DNA from: Aplysia californica
Taxonomy: Eukaryota
Direction: 5' to 3'
Assembly (NCBI RefSeq): GCF_000002075.1
Contig: NW_004797587.1
Location: 279,121 to 343,120, forward strand
Length of the DNA stretch: 64,000 nt
The notes below the pieces were generated by a model, which was not told the origin of the DNA, searched no databases, and saw only the letters and a program-made list of their open reading frames with translations. Of the stretch, positions 13,446 through 28,200 are shown in pieces (position 1 is the first letter of the stretch; each line of letters begins with the position of its first letter). The translations under genes and the position numbers were made by a program.

Positions 13446-14221
13446 CTGTGGAATCCACTTACAAGTCCTGAAATAACGAGAGGCTGTTATAAAGACACTG
13501 TTCTAAAACCCCATTTTTTTCCCATCTTTATTTTCGTAAATAAAACTCTGCTATAGCGCCATCAGACAAACACTGGAGTCGGTTATAGCGGAATATTGCT
13601 GCTGCTGTGCACAGCACATTGGCCATTTATTCGCCAGTTGAGAAACTTGTTGGTGATCTTGTGAAACAAATAACGGGATAACCCACGTGTGCCAACAACG
13701 AAGGTCAGAGCGAATGAGTGGGGAGGGTGTGGCATGTGCAGACAAGCAGAACGCATCGTGTGATAGGCCAGCCTAGTCTAGATTATCTAGGTCTACCACA
13801 CCTCTCACTTCTCCAATGCGGAGATGGAGAGGTCACAGCGATTTAATGGATGGAGCGATTGTGTGACACGCCCAACCAGACAGAACGCACCATAGGGAGT
13901 GGTGGGGTAGGAGACAACTACGCGGGCGAGTTAGCCTAGAGAACTTTCTTTCTGATCGCCAACGCCGTGCTGTCAACATCGCTAGCACTAGAAAAGAAAT
14001 GTGATTCGATTTTTGATCAAATAAGACCTAGAGGTCATGTTGAACCAAATCAAAATCAGGGGAGATAACAAAAAGAAATAAACAACATTAGACTCATAGA
14101 TTAGGCCTACTTTACTATTTCCCTTGAATTTATTACTGACTGGATGCCTTATAACGAGAATCCTGCTATAACGGACATTTCGCACCAGTCCCCTCCCTCT
14201 CGTTATGACAGGATTCCACTG
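13446..14221. mobile_element. TA-flanked pogo-type MITE
   Basis: TA|CTGTGGAATCC ... GGATTCCACTG|TA, with subterminal CCTG(C/T)TATAAC repeats. Confidence 0.6.
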
Positions 14222-15605
14222 TATGGAAAAGGATTTTGTTTTATAGTAACTGTTTTAGTACACTTGCAACACAATTAGGTCTAGGTCATAAAAGTGGAAC
14301 GAACAGAGGTGTAAGAAAAGAACAACAAACACAAAAAAGAAAAAAGTGAGACAATAAGGACGATAGATCATAAAATGAACATATGCAGGGCCTTTTGTGT
14401 GATAAGTATAACTTACTCCACTCCATGAAAACTGGTCTTGGTCTCTTACAGTAAGCTTCACTGGAAGAAAATGTAAGCATGATAAAGAAAAACAAAAGAC
14501 TCAAATCAGTTGACTTGCATGGAGTTATATTTCAAACATTTTCAAGGAAATATACGGAAGAATAGGAAACCCATCACCATGGAGCAAACCCAGACATCAG
14601 TTCTGTTAATATCATCTCTGCATGACCCCAACCCTAACCCATTCAGCAAATTTGTGCAGGAGTGCGAAGTAAATAAAGGTAGGCAGGCTACATTCATATG
14701 CTCATTGTACATAATTTACTTATTGGGGGAAAAAAAGGACGCCACAGATAAAACATGCATTAAATATATCTAAGTAGCCATTTTCATATTACAGCTTTGA
14801 GTTGCAATGAAATAAGGATGGACATGGTGCTGATGTGAAAAAAAATTGTAAAAAAAATGAGCATTTCATGCATTCATTGAAACAATTTGTATTGCGTAGG
14901 AGACGGTCTGCTTTGATGTTGCATGTCAAGGCCAATCTGAGTTGAGGTGGAGACATCCCACCAGACAGCTGAAGATACTCAATATAAAAATTTGACTTGA
15001 ACATTGAACTCCAGTCCACTGCGAGCAATGGCAAAAAGCCTAACTGCCACAGAACAGATGCTGGTTTTTATGTTCTGGTCACTGCATGAAAGCATCAGCC
15101 TATTGAAATTATCAGGTGAAATGTTTTCCAGATTTCGCTCTGAAAAACCAGAAGCGAGCTAAGAATTTCTTAACAAAAGTTCAAAGCCCCCCCCCCAGCC
15201 CAGCAAAAACATGCCGCCACAGTTTTGTCTCAGAAAAGAAGAGTCTCCACCTAACTGAAAGTACTGTCAGAAAATCAAGAGCAGCAAAGACATGTGGTTA
15301 TTATCATGTTAACATGAAAAACAAAGGGAAGAATCTCACAGATTGCTTAGATAAGCCCTGACACATCAACAAGTCTGAGAGGCATGGCAGTCAAGGAGTT
15401 TAAGTGTAATATTTTCTTTAGGATTAAAAAAAACAACAACCTCCATTTCTGCACAAAAATGTTTTCATGCATCTGATATTTGGAAAAGTCGATCTGGAAT
15501 GTGTGCACTTAATAATTACGAATATGAACTTGGCTTGGACTCACAATTTAAATATAATTTACAAAGGGGTCTAATTGAAACAATACTGGAAGTGGTTTGT
15601 ATTTA

Positions 15606-16260
15606 CAGTCAAACCTCATCATAATTAAATTGCCGTTGGGACAAACACGAAGTTGGCGTTTTAGTAACAATGGCAGAGCCGGTATTATACCAGGTTTTTA
15701 ATGCTGTCAGCGTAATTGTAATCTGATAAACAGATCTGGCTGCTCAACGTCAAGGGAAATATTTCGCTGACTGATCTGTGTGTTTGAGAAGTGTCTTTTT
15801 GTTGGTGAATTGCATGTATTTTAGAGCAGGGAGTTTTTTCTTTCTTTTTCTGAGTGTGTGTGAACAGATTCAAATTGAAATTACATCCTCTGCAGGATCA
15901 GAGGTTATTTGTCAAATGCATACTGCCTAAATTCTACAAAACAAGGTTGAGGAGATGGGATGGGCAGGAAGGAAGTAAATCAATGACAAGCACTAACTCT
16001 TACCTTTACCTCATAGAGGCATGTGTGGGAAAAAGGGAGCATATCACTGAGCAGCTGCTCAGTGGGTGCCAAGCGCAGAGTGCAGAGTGCACCTCTGGTG
16101 GTCAGTTTGCTGGCAGTGCTCCAGAGCAACTGCATTAGGAAGGACCACGAATCAGTAGGAGGATGGTGATTGAAGTTAAAGAGGCAAATATAGTATGCTA
16201 ATATAGAGGTGCTCCTTTGCGTTCATCAGCAAAACCTGGCAGTATAATGAAGTTTGACTG
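15606..16260. mobile_element. TA-flanked CAGTCAAAC MITE
   Basis: TA|CAGTCAAACCTCATCATA ... TATAATGAAGTTTGACTG|TA. Confidence 0.65.
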
Positions 16261-19200
16261 TATGAGATAAATTTATCAAATTGCAGTCGAATAATATAGG
16301 TATTAATGAAACAATAATAATAATTATACCAAACAGTTTCAAAATGCCTCCTTCATTTGAGTGAATGACATGCAAAAAAAATTAATGAATTTTTGAGATT
16401 CAAAGAAAGAACAAAATAAAATTGATTTGTAAGTAATTGGGCCTTCATTTGACCATATCAATTCAATTTTACACATTTTCAGAATTTGGAATATGGCAAG
16501 AACAAAGCTAAACAGTTTCCACAAGCCTGAAACTAAATAATCTGCATCAACAAAATAAGAACATTGTTATTTCAACAACAAAAAATTAAAAAAATTTTTT
16601 AACAACTGCCAAATCCATCACTTTAGTTTCTTTCGTTAGTTTCACTTCTACATGAGAGAGGTTCCTTTGAAATACAAAAATATTGTTATAATACAAAAAT
16701 AAAATGAAGTAAGCAGAAGGCTACATGACATGTGTAGAAATAAAACTTTGTTAATAAAAGTTTTGAAAAAAGCTATTTCTACGGCGAGCTAAAAGAATTT
16801 CTACATGGGTAAAAATTGTATAGAGACACTGAATAAAGAATTGTCACTGTCACTAGCCACCAATCCAATGTATGCTTATTTTTAAAATTTTAAAAGGAAC
16901 AACAAATGATTATTTTAAAAACCTGAGAAAAAAGTTTTATTAATCTGGCGAACTTACCCTTCCCATCACATATATACCCTGTCGTAGCACAATCTTCATT
17001 CTGGAAGTATTTGTCAGTCTTCATTACATCATGCATATAAATTCTAATAACACAGACACAAACATTCTCAGACATACACAAGTACTGACATGATATTAAA
17101 AGGTACACTACCTTCCACTACCACACAGAAATGCACTAGTTTCTCCTCGGCTATAGTACATTATCAACATCACTTAATCTTTCATAAAGTCAACAGTTTT
17201 CACAACCCTACAAGCTACATTGGCACTTAAAGTGAAAGTTGTGAACATGCGGCTCACCAACTTTCAGACAGAAAATTCATGAACTATAAAAGAACAAAAA
17301 CCAAAGATGTTGCATACTACAACAAACCCCAACCCCCGTATAAATAAATCTTTAAAAATCCAAAACAACCCAACCGGTATTCAAAAAGACTGAACACAAA
17401 GAATACAAACGCAAGAACACAAAAAAAAGTATGAAAACTCGGGTATTAAAAAAAGATATGGCAAAGGCAGAGGTGGGTACCGATAACAGTTAATAATCGT
17501 CCTGGGATTATACAACAAACACCTGTGCCTGAGACAGCACAGGCAACAAGCGTGTCGACTCTAACAAATTTCTTCATACAACTTAAAATTGCACCTACAT
17601 CATGAGGTGCTGAGAGCACTAGTCTGTTTCTTTTCGCTCGATATTTTTAAGTTTCAGTCTTTTATAAAAAAGGACTGCCCACAGTTGTTACAGAAGTTAC
17701 CACAGTAGATTTAACATGTAACATGGAGTGTATATTATATTATTACTGAGAATACAAGTATTACAAGCAGTCTTTCCACCACAGTTTTGTTAACCAGCAA
17801 ATTCATTACTCTGTTATGAACAAGACCATAGACATACAGTAGGCCTACTTTTCAAACAAGATTTTTTTTAATGACCTAAAAAAGGTGAACCATAAATTAA
17901 ATATATGCACAAAAAAAAGCCTCTTCTCTATTCAACAATTGTCATATATATGAATTGTATGCAGACAGTGGTCCTCAAAGTAAAAAAAAACCCAACAAAC
18001 CTAAAACCACCACCATTTAAAAAAAACAACTAAGAACAGATCATTACAGTTGAGTTTGGACAATGTTTACAATTTAAACTTTGGAGATTTTCAAGCATTG
18101 TGAACTGATCTAGACTGTTGTCATAGCAAAGGACCTGTTGTATGCCGTAAACAGATCATGGAAGAGCATAGGAAGACAGAAATATTCCTTCAGAATAATT
18201 TCTTTTTTACTTATACATAGCCTTCCTTACTGCAAACCTCCGTTTCTCTGATTTTGTTTCCTTGTTTTTAATGGTAAATAGCAAAAGGGCTGTAACAACT
18301 AACATAACATACTGATGAGGGTAAATATTTTAAAAAACTTTATGTAATAGCCTGGGGGGGGGGGGGGGGGTTTAAGCAATACACAATAGTAAATTGTCTA
18401 TTGTTACAAAAAAACAACATAAAATCCTTTTAAGAAAACAACTTTGATTGTGGTTCGAAGAAATGGCAAGTCATAATACAGGTCTAGTTTAAGAAACAAT
18501 TCCCTTTCTAACATGATTTTATGACAATTAAAACTTGTTCCAGTGTTAAGCACTAATTAAGTAGGCCTAGGCCAACACTTTCAAAAGCTTTTCTAGTAAT
18601 TTTACCATGTTGTCCTAATCTTTACTTAAATGCAACAACAATATTGCCAAAGTTTGGCATTACTGTTGTTGCATTTACAGTTTGGTCAAAAAAGAAAGCA
18701 AAAGGTCTACTTTTTGTTTCTAATTAACTTGTCATGAGTTTTTAGTTGGCATTATCAGTAAGGAATAAATAATTTAAATTTTAAAAAACTTGCAAAAAAA
18801 AATCTTTTTATAAACAATTACTGTACATAATGAGAGTCTATAAACTGTCAAATAGGGCTTGTGGAACACAGTTAAGGTACAATAATGGGAACAAAAAAAA
18901 GATGTCATTCTGCAGAGATAACTGCTAAAGTTGCCCCACTATTTCCAGCTTCATCAAACATAAAATTAAGTACATATCTCAGTTGCTCAAATGCAAAATC
19001 CTTGTCTACAACCTAAACAAAACATATTTTCTAAAAACCACAAGAGAAACTGAGGTAACAGTGACCCAACATAAGTTGCGTTTCTTTGATCTTGGAATGC
19101 ATAAAAACCTTTTCTCCAAATTAAACCGACATATAAAATGAGTGAGTCAAGTTTAGAAAACCATGCTTAGGCATTCAATTAGCCAACACACATGCCAAGC

Positions 19201-19586
19201 ATTGATCTTTGAACACATTATTAATATAGCACAGCTGCTGAAGTCCACAGCCAGTATAGGAATGCAGGTATCACTAAAATTGGAAAACAACATTTGTAAC
19301 CGAAAAGTATCACTTGAAAAAACCTTCAAACAACCTGAAAAGCTTAAAAAAACACGCTGAAAACCCACACTGTATATTAGCATTAAAGATAACTAAAGGT
19401 GAGGGAAAAACCTGTCTGTATTCAATGTATTATGTTAACCCTCCCGGTCAAACTAAAAAATGTTGAATTCACAGAAAAAAGGTAAAAAGACAAAGATCTT
19501 ATAAATGACAGGGGAATCCACCTCAACTGAGTATAGAACTGACTTTAACAGGTCTCTGACCTAATAAAAAACAACAGAAAAATATA

Positions 19587-19810
19587 CAGTCAGACCTGCC
19601 CTACTGACCACCTGTGTAAGACAATCCCCTGTACAAACACCCCCCCGTATAAGACAATCACCTGTACAAACGACCACCTGTGTAAGACAATCCCCTGTAC
19701 AAACCCCCCCCCTTTGCAATAAAAAAAAAAGAAAGATATAATGACACTGTCAACCCAGGCAACCAATTTTCTCTCGATCAATGGGTGGCCTTCTTGGAGA
19801 ATTTCGACTG
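19587..19810. mobile_element. Short CAGT MITE with internal ~33-bp tandem repeats
   Basis: TA|CAGTCAGACCTG ... TTTCGACTG; three copies of TAAGACAATC(C/A)CCTGTACAAAC. Confidence 0.55.
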
Positions 19811-20599
19811 CATCTTCAAAACAAGCATTTGATATGTTTGCAAATGAGCGCACTGACAAAATAGGAAAATTACATTGACATTTTTTTAGAAATGTTGCCA
19901 ACTTTCCAACTTTTTCTGCCAAATTTGGTCCTCGCAATGGTGTTTTCTAACAGCTGAAGCACGTACTGACCTTTCACATTTTTGGGAGAAAGTTAACAAT
20001 GATTAATAAAAGAACCACATAATGTGAATGCAGTTAACAGCACAGAAAGGGTAAATCTTTGCTCTTGTTAAATGTCTGCAATCCCCAATCTTTGACAAGG
20101 GATTCAATTCAACAAGCAACATGCCTAGGAGCATTGAACAGAACCACAAAGGCTAATATTAATAAAACACTACCATTTAAAGAAACTACAAACTTCTCAA
20201 AAATGACAAGTGAAAGTAAAAAAAATCAGCCCTTGACCTAGGATAGTCACAAAAAATATGAAACATCTCAGAAATACGAATGAGAGTGGATTTGACTACA
20301 CCCCCCAGAACAGGAAAAAGAGGATTAAAAAATTTTTTTGTAGCTATAAAAAAATCCTAGTTAAAAAACAAACAAAAAACCAGCACATACAGAAAATCAT
20401 AATCCTGATGATTCTGAACAGTTCAAGAGAATAGTTTTTTAGCCTAGGCAGGAAAATTCTTTTAAATCTTGTTATTATCATAGCTGCCTCTCAACAAATG
20501 AGGTCATGAAAACTTCATTAACAGAACTCGGCAGTGACAGGCACAACACATACCACTGGCATACACACCTCTATAGAGTTCTTGTTCAATGCACAGACA

Positions 20600-21700
20600 A
20601 ATTCATCATCCTCATTGCCTTTCTCATCCTGGATCAGGGTACAAGCCATGAACAAATATTTTCCACCTTTCCCCTTCCTAGACTAGCCTCTTGATGTTAT
20701 TTCATGTCTTCCCACGTTTCTGTACATCATTCTCTGCAACTCTTCTCCAAGGGTAGCCTTGTGGATCCTCTTGTCGGGAAAAACAGAACCTCCAATGACA
20801 AAACTTTAGAAAGCACAGATTTATGCAAATCGTTCACCATTCTTGATCATTTGTCCAAACTCATGCTTTCCTATTATGTCCTTGTAACCTACGTTGTCCT
20901 GATCAATATTGGCATTGGCATTTCCCATTATGATATTGATTGCTTCCTTGGTAGTTTGTGAATGGCCTGGGAGTAGGCTCTTAAAGGCATCCTTGTCTTT
21001 ACCTGAAGTTTTATTTGTTGGGGCGTAGATTTGATTATGACTTTTACATGGTGTTTGTCTTTCCTACCAAAATACAATATATTTGCACCCCCCCCCCCCC
21101 ACCTGAGTTCAATGCTGCTTCTGTCCAGTCTGTATGCAGTGCGTCTTGTTGACTCCTAGTATGTGCAGCCTTTATCTCAATCTCTTTTGACACTTGAGCA
21201 CCTTTTCTGGTTTCATTCATGGCGAGAATATACCACACAATCTGGAGAGACTTGTTCAATAAAGGTTTTGAGTCAGTAGAGTCCTGCACATGCAAATTAT
21301 TTCATGTTCATTTAGCAGTTTTGATTTTCTTGTTTGTATTGACATACCCAAGCGTCATGGTTCTGTTTCACACATTTCTCAAAATGGGTTCTTTTCATGA
21401 TATCATTTTTCACAGTCAACAATTTGGATAACAATGGTAAGGCATAAATTTTAATTCAAATAAAAGCAAGAGTGTAACAACTAAAGTTCATCCACCCACC
21501 TACAATTGTATAAAATTTCTAGAACTGCAGCGCTCTACACGGCACACCAGCAGTGGAATTCTAATAGCAGAGGGGGGGTTTTCCACTGAGCACCTTATCA
21601 TGCCAGGGTCATGGGAGTCAGCTCTCTGTCACTGCTCAAGCTGGAATGACTTAACTTTGGTAACTTTTCAACTTACTAAATTTAGGCGTTTCCTTGCACT
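20600..21700 (-). mobile_element. Degenerate, internally deleted RTE-clade LINE (APE endonuclease fused to the extreme C-terminus)
   Basis: Minus frames give ILAMNETR, YAPTN, IIMGNANANIDQDNVGYKDIIGKHEFGQMIKNGERFA and VIGGSVFPDKRIHKAT, followed directly by WRRVAENDVQKRGKT*...RWKIFVHGLYP. Boundaries are approximate. Confidence 0.78.
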
Positions 21701-22110
21701 TATGGTAATTACCATTTATTGCATCCAAAGCATGAATTTCTGCTTTTGAGATTCAAAAAAGAAAGGAAATTGTAACTTGTCTTGCTATTTTGTCAGACGA
21801 GCTGAAGTCGGCAATGCTAAATTGAGAACCTATTTGGACAAGAGTTGATGAAGTGAGAAAAATTCATGTGAAGAGCATCTCCCAAAGACACAACATCGAG
21901 CCCCTGTAAAAATAATCTTTCCAACACCCCCCCCCCCCCTCGCGTTTAAAAAAAAAGTAAAATCACACTGTCCAAGATGTCCACCTGTCGAAGACAACCA
22001 CTTTTCTGCTCAACAATTGGTGGCCATCTTGGACAATTTCAACTAGATTTTCTTAAGACTTAAAATAATTTCCTTTATATTGTCTGGGCCATCGATTTTC
22101 CAAGAGATGA

Positions 22111-22218
22111 TCAGCTGAGTTTTCCTATTTCAGCCTTCTTGATAAGTTCAGAGGCTGAGAAAACAAGGCCATCGATGATCCCTGCAACTGTAAAGGTACC
22201 TCCAATGATGGCACAAAT
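22111..22218 (-). CDS. ERGIC1: ERGIC1 coding exon 9 (second transmembrane helix and cytosolic tail)
   Basis: ICAIIGGTFTVAGIIDGLVFSASELIKKAEIGKLS*; TGA stop at 22113-22111. Confidence 0.95.
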   Translation of the reverse strand: MCAIIGGTFTVAGIIDGLVFSASELIKKAEIGKLS

Positions 22219-25200
22219 CTGAAAATAAATGAAGCAATATTACCAGCAATTTGGACTAATTACAGACAAATTGATAAATACAGTATAACACAGATAGATC
22301 GAATTCGGCGGGACCGGTCTCGGCAGTTCGAGGGATCCATAATTCGAAAGATCCGTAGTACAAGGGATATCTCACAAAGATAAAGAAAGAAAAAAATAAC
22401 TGAACCACAGGCACAGTTTGACGGATGCGTGATTTCAAGTCTCCTGTATTCGACCTATCCATGTTATACTGTAATTGGAAAAATAATACAAACCCTTACA
22501 ACTTACAGCAAAGAAAAAGAGTTTTTCAATAAAATCTTGCATCAATACAAGTCTCCGCCTTTTCAACAACCTTACCTCCGCACACCAATTTGCCAGGTTT
22601 AATTACTATGATTCTCTAAGTGCATGAGAGCCCTTGGGTGATCACATGAAACAGGATATCCCAGTCCCTGCCTGCTACTCCCACATTCACATCCATTGGG
22701 AAATAGCACTTAGGTCAGGTGGCACACCATCAGTTGATAATATAAGTAGAGGTTTTACCATGACTGGCGAAAAACCATGCAGTATTTTGAAATGATGCTT
22801 ATTTTTAATCAAATTTGAGCAGCTCTCATACGCCAATGTATGTCTATAAATTAGGGTAAAGAAGTGGGACCTACCAGTGGTGCCCTCCAACCACCCGAGC
22901 CTGTTCCTTGATTCGGCAATGAATCAGTAGGCCTAGATCTAGGCCTATTGAGAACTCACTATGACCCTATGATAGAGGCCTAGCCTGTAACGCAGCCACT
23001 CATAGTCTTTTTTCAGGGGGAGGGGGGGGGGGAGTGATTTAGGCGCTTGCAGTCGCATAAGATCATACAAGCTCTCAGGACACATTAAACATTTACAGTT
23101 GGTACGAAATTTTTGAATGTTGCCCTAGTAGCGGCCAAAGCCTACTCTTATCAATTTTGGACCACCAAGGGATCTTTAACGAGCGCAACTTGCACACAGG
23201 ACTTCCAAGATTTTTTGCCGTTGTCCAAAAAGGCTAGATATAAAGATCTTTCCTACCAGAAGATCAGGGGTGTGGCTGAAAGACAGCAGTCAGAATGAGC
23301 CAAGGAGGAGGGGGACAAAGGAGGTGCAGGGGTGGAGCAGAAAGTAGAGACGAAAGCAGATGACAGAACGTCGGAGAGCAAGAAGGGATGTGAAAGGAGA
23401 ACATTTTTTTTAGAAGAAAATTTTGTCACTATCCCGATACGAAACCCATGACCTTTGAATGAGAGGAAAACACCTTAACCTCTAGGCCACGAGAGCCCCC
23501 AGGTAATAGTATTAATGAATAGTTTAACTCTCTTTATCCGGGCTACGAGTATACTCGGAACAGCTATACGGTCACGTCAAAGAAGATAGTTTTGCTTGTA
23601 ATTACCAAAATACGCAAATACGGCGATGCTAGCTCTGTCTGAATATTAAAATTCTCCAATGAACAGCGGTTTCTTTGTTTTTGACGGGTGTAGAAGCTTG
23701 AAAGATGTCTCAAAAACGCCCGTTCACGACCGACAAAGTACTTTTTGAAGTGGCGCTGGGGTTTTTTTTTGGGGGGGGGGGGGGGGGGAATGGTACTAAT
23801 TTGATGAAAGTGACTCTGATCAAGTGCCGTAACTTCCGTTGTTGATGATAACAAACAGGACTTAGACCCATCTAATAGCGATTCAGATCACGGTAAAAAG
23901 GTCAGTACTGGAATTCTTGCTGTATCGATGGGTAGGGCTAGATCTATACAATCCAATGGGACGTCGTGTGCGCAGCAATCAGAGTCAAGTTGGAGGGTGG
24001 AATACACCTCAAAATCTACATTCTGCAATTAGTGTATAACCTAACCACATACATTTACAAAAACTACATTCAATTTCTAACATAACTGCCAAATTTCCTT
24101 AAAACCTAAGAGTAAACATAAGAAATAGAGCACTTTTATACACCCTAAATTCCAACTCATACGGTGCGGCAGCTCCAAGACGGGGACAGAATTTGCGGGG
24201 GTACGGCCAGGATAAAAAGAGTTAACCCACCGCTTGCAAAGCAGGCTGCTCGTTTTTTTAGCGCAGCCTTTGCACTCACCTGTAACTAATAAGTGTCAAT
24301 GGCTCCCTACACCACTATGGCTCAGCTACTTAAAAGCAAGCTACAATACAATTTTTCTCAGCTGGAAAAAAATGGTCTTACCATAACAAGGAAAGTGTAA
24401 AAAGGCTGATGTTTCTCAACATAGTGAACTGTGATGGGGCTCAACTCATAACGGAACCAAATGGCAGGAAGCCCTCTCCCACCATGGCCTATCTGCATAA
24501 TTTCCTGGAAAGGAAGAAGAAAACCAGTAAGATGTATTTGTCTGACCCAGTATGGTGCAAGATTTAGTTTTAGTGAGTTTTACATCATGGCACTTTCCAC
24601 TTCTCACACACATGTTGCATAAGCGTACAACCTATCTAGGTCATAGCTCACCGATCACTAGTTTTATTGGCAACAACATGTTAAAAGAAATTAATTTTAT
24701 AGAGAACATTTTTTTGCACAAAAGCTTCTCAAAACATGTGTCCAATTTAAGCTTAATGCTCTGATTAGAAAAAAAGAAAGACAGACTTCCTTTTAAAAGC
24801 GTTATTGTCCCAGCCGTAAACCTTTTAAAATCTGTCAAAACCAACTACAGGGGTTTTTAATAAGGAACTTTCTAGAATACAGCTGACAGGTATTTACAAT
24901 AGTTTTGATCTGTTTACACAAATTGATGCAAGTCATTGTGCAAAAACTGGAGACTTTGTATTCGATAGTTGAGGAAATATTTGACAATATGTTGCGTTAC
25001 AAAATTTTGACCGCACTATAGGTGAAGTTGTAGTAGAAAGAGGACCATGGCCCAAAGCAGAAGAAGCAGAAAGGCTCTTGGTCAAGGAAAAATGGCTGAT
25101 CCTAGCAAAAGTGGATAAAAATTCCATCAAAAACTAAAATCTGCACAACATTCCAACAAATACGAACCCAAATAAATATACATATGTTGGCGTGGTATAG

Positions 25201-28200
25201 CAGCATAATTCGTGTAACATATTGATTCAATTATTGTCCAACTTCGTCTATCTGCCTTGGTATCTCCATGAAATTTGCACACAGTAAAATTTATCCATAA
25301 AGAAAAGGTTACGTGCGTACTAGATTTTAAATATCCACAGGATCTTAAACTGTCTTATAACAGCACTTCTAACATTAACATTAATTCAACTACCTTTCAT
25401 TATAACAATATATATAACATGGAAAGATAACATGTACACCTTACCCTGTGAATAAATGTGTACTGGTATGGGAACCGAATATTTTTCTTTGTGTCTTCAT
25501 AAACTGTTGGAACTACTCTCAAAATGTAGTCATGAGTTTCATCCCCTGAAATAGATAAAACATACGTACAGGTTTCTCCTTGTGGCTCAAAACTCAGCAA
25601 AAGTGACTATACAGTGATAAAGATTATAATTGTACAGGTTTCATATCCACATCCACACAATTTAGATCCATTAATGTGTGAGATACTTTGACCCTGCTCG
25701 TCAGGGCCAACCCGGGCTGAAAGGAATAGGCCTACAATATCCCTGCACTTGGGGATAATCGATGTAAAACCCTCCCTATTCCAAATCGAACTCCTGCATC
25801 CTCTGTACAATGGCACAGAACACGGGTGAAAGAAAGAATCACCATCAACCTGGTTACCTGTCTTCTTCTAAACACACACAAAAATTTAACCTCCATACCA
25901 TCAAAATCTTTAATGATCCAAGAGAGGCCTGTTCAACTCTGGGACCAACAGCTACACGTGCACAGATAAAATAGAGGAGTTACCAATCAACGAAGCTTAC
26001 GTCGCACACATTTGACCAACTTAAAATTATCAAAACCCCAGCTTAAGATTAGATCGAGTGAGATATGAGAACCTGACAGTAAAAAAAACAAAAAACCCAG
26101 ATGTTTAAAAAAATATAATTCAAAAAAAGGTATACACCATGGATTCCAGTTCCACCTTTTCAGTCATTAAAAAAAAATACATTACCTACTTTGCTCATAC
26201 TTCATGTCAAAATAATGTTTTACTTTCCAAGAGATTCATTCTAGAACTCACCTTGAGCATTGGACTTATCAAATTCCTCAATCGGATTGAAAGACCCTTC
26301 TACAGTCTGGAGAGAAAAAAAAGAGAGAACAAAGTAAACAAGAGAAAAACACTCCCGCCACCAAAATTATTTTTTAAAAACAGAAGTTCATTTGTGAGAA
26401 ACTGAATGGCTGTGTGGGACTGGAACACTAGTCCTTCCTTCACATCATTCTCCTACACCACCTCGCCGGATGAGATTACTGTTCATGATAAGATGATACA
26501 CAGTATGATGACTAGTTACACATACTTTCAAAAGCACAGTTGGATAATCGTAGAATACAGGGAAGAGGCAAAAAAGACAATGAAACATGAAGAGAATGCA
26601 GGACACACAGATACAGAAATAGATCTGTTCCTCCAACCATCAGGCCTTTAACTTCATATGGTGTTGCCATTTACACACAGACAGAGGAAAACAGATTTTA
26701 ATGACCAGGAGAAAAGGGAGAAATAGGAAACAATTAGACATAAACAATTTGGGAACTGTGATTATGACAAAACTATGAGCAGATTTGTTTGATATTAACG
26801 GACTTGGTGGAACATCTTTTGAATGCCTTTATTTCGCTTTTAAAATTATTTTATTATTTGGGCCAAACTGGATGTTGTCATTTCTGGCTCTCAGCCAATG
26901 ATATATGAGCATGAATGTTTAAAACTCACTACTACAAATAGAAAACCTACACTAAACAACAACTTGCATCTACTCCTCACCTTTCCTTCGGCAAGCTCCA
27001 TGCCAAACCGCAACTTGTGGATGACATGAGACATATCAACAACATCAGGCTGTCCCCCTCGAACTGAGTGTGTGGACACATGGAAATTTCCCGGAACCTG
27101 ACAGAATGAAAGATGATGCTGTAATTGTATACAGACTTAAACAATGAACCCTTTCTTTGACAGAAAACGGCATGAGTACCAGGCATCAGGAAAATAACAA
27201 ATACTGGAAGAGATAATAAAGTCAAAACCCGAAAGCCTATGTCACATAAAAAATAGCACACAATATAAATGGTTTTACTAGAAACAGTTATAAATAGATA
27301 GCAGTTCAGAACAAGTCAGCACAATGAATACTACAGTCTGCCAGCACCAGAAAAGGATAATTCTTCTTCTTGAAGTACAAGACGTTAAAACAGATACTGG
27401 CCATCATGGTCCATCCTTCATTTCTCTGCTCACTTGCTCTACAAAAACCTACATTGTCCTGGTCTTTCCCCACATTAATAACAAAACAAAGAAGAGTTTC
27501 AAACAGAAGGAGCAGATCAAATCACAGTACCCACTAACCACACATAATTTAAATAGCAGTAGAGAATACAATTGGTAAAAAAACAACTCAACAAGACAAA
27601 AAATAACTGGACAGTCCAAACAGACCAGATAATAAGTTAAACATTTTAGCCCCAGTCAAAAGATCACAACCCATTCAATATTCATATACTATATACCTTA
27701 TCCAGAGTCCAACACTTGCATCCACCCAAGATACAAAACTTATGTCGGATTGTAATCATCGTTAATGTTTTATGCCCCAATTCAAACAAACTTTGACCGT
27801 TTAGGGGGCAGACTGCTTTGCCTCTACCTGTCACAGCCAACCAATGCAGAGAGTGAAAGAGCATCCATGAGAACAGATGGAGAAACTCGATAAGATAACT
27901 TTCGCAACTGCAAATCTGGCTTGTGTCTTTTGTATGCAACGGCCATGGCAAAAAGCCTAACCATTACACCACAGGTGTACTGGAATTGTAGCAACTAAAT
28001 GTTGGGGGCCTGGACAAAAAGGACAGTCAATAGCTTTTAAAACAACCATGAGCTCAGAACATAGCATCATGTATTCAAAATATAAGAAAAACTCCATACA
28101 AGTGTCATTTTTGGGACAAGTATTATGTTATGAACCTTATATTATGGCATTCACTGTCTCTACACATAAATTAGAGTCTAAGACAAGGCCTGTAAGGATG

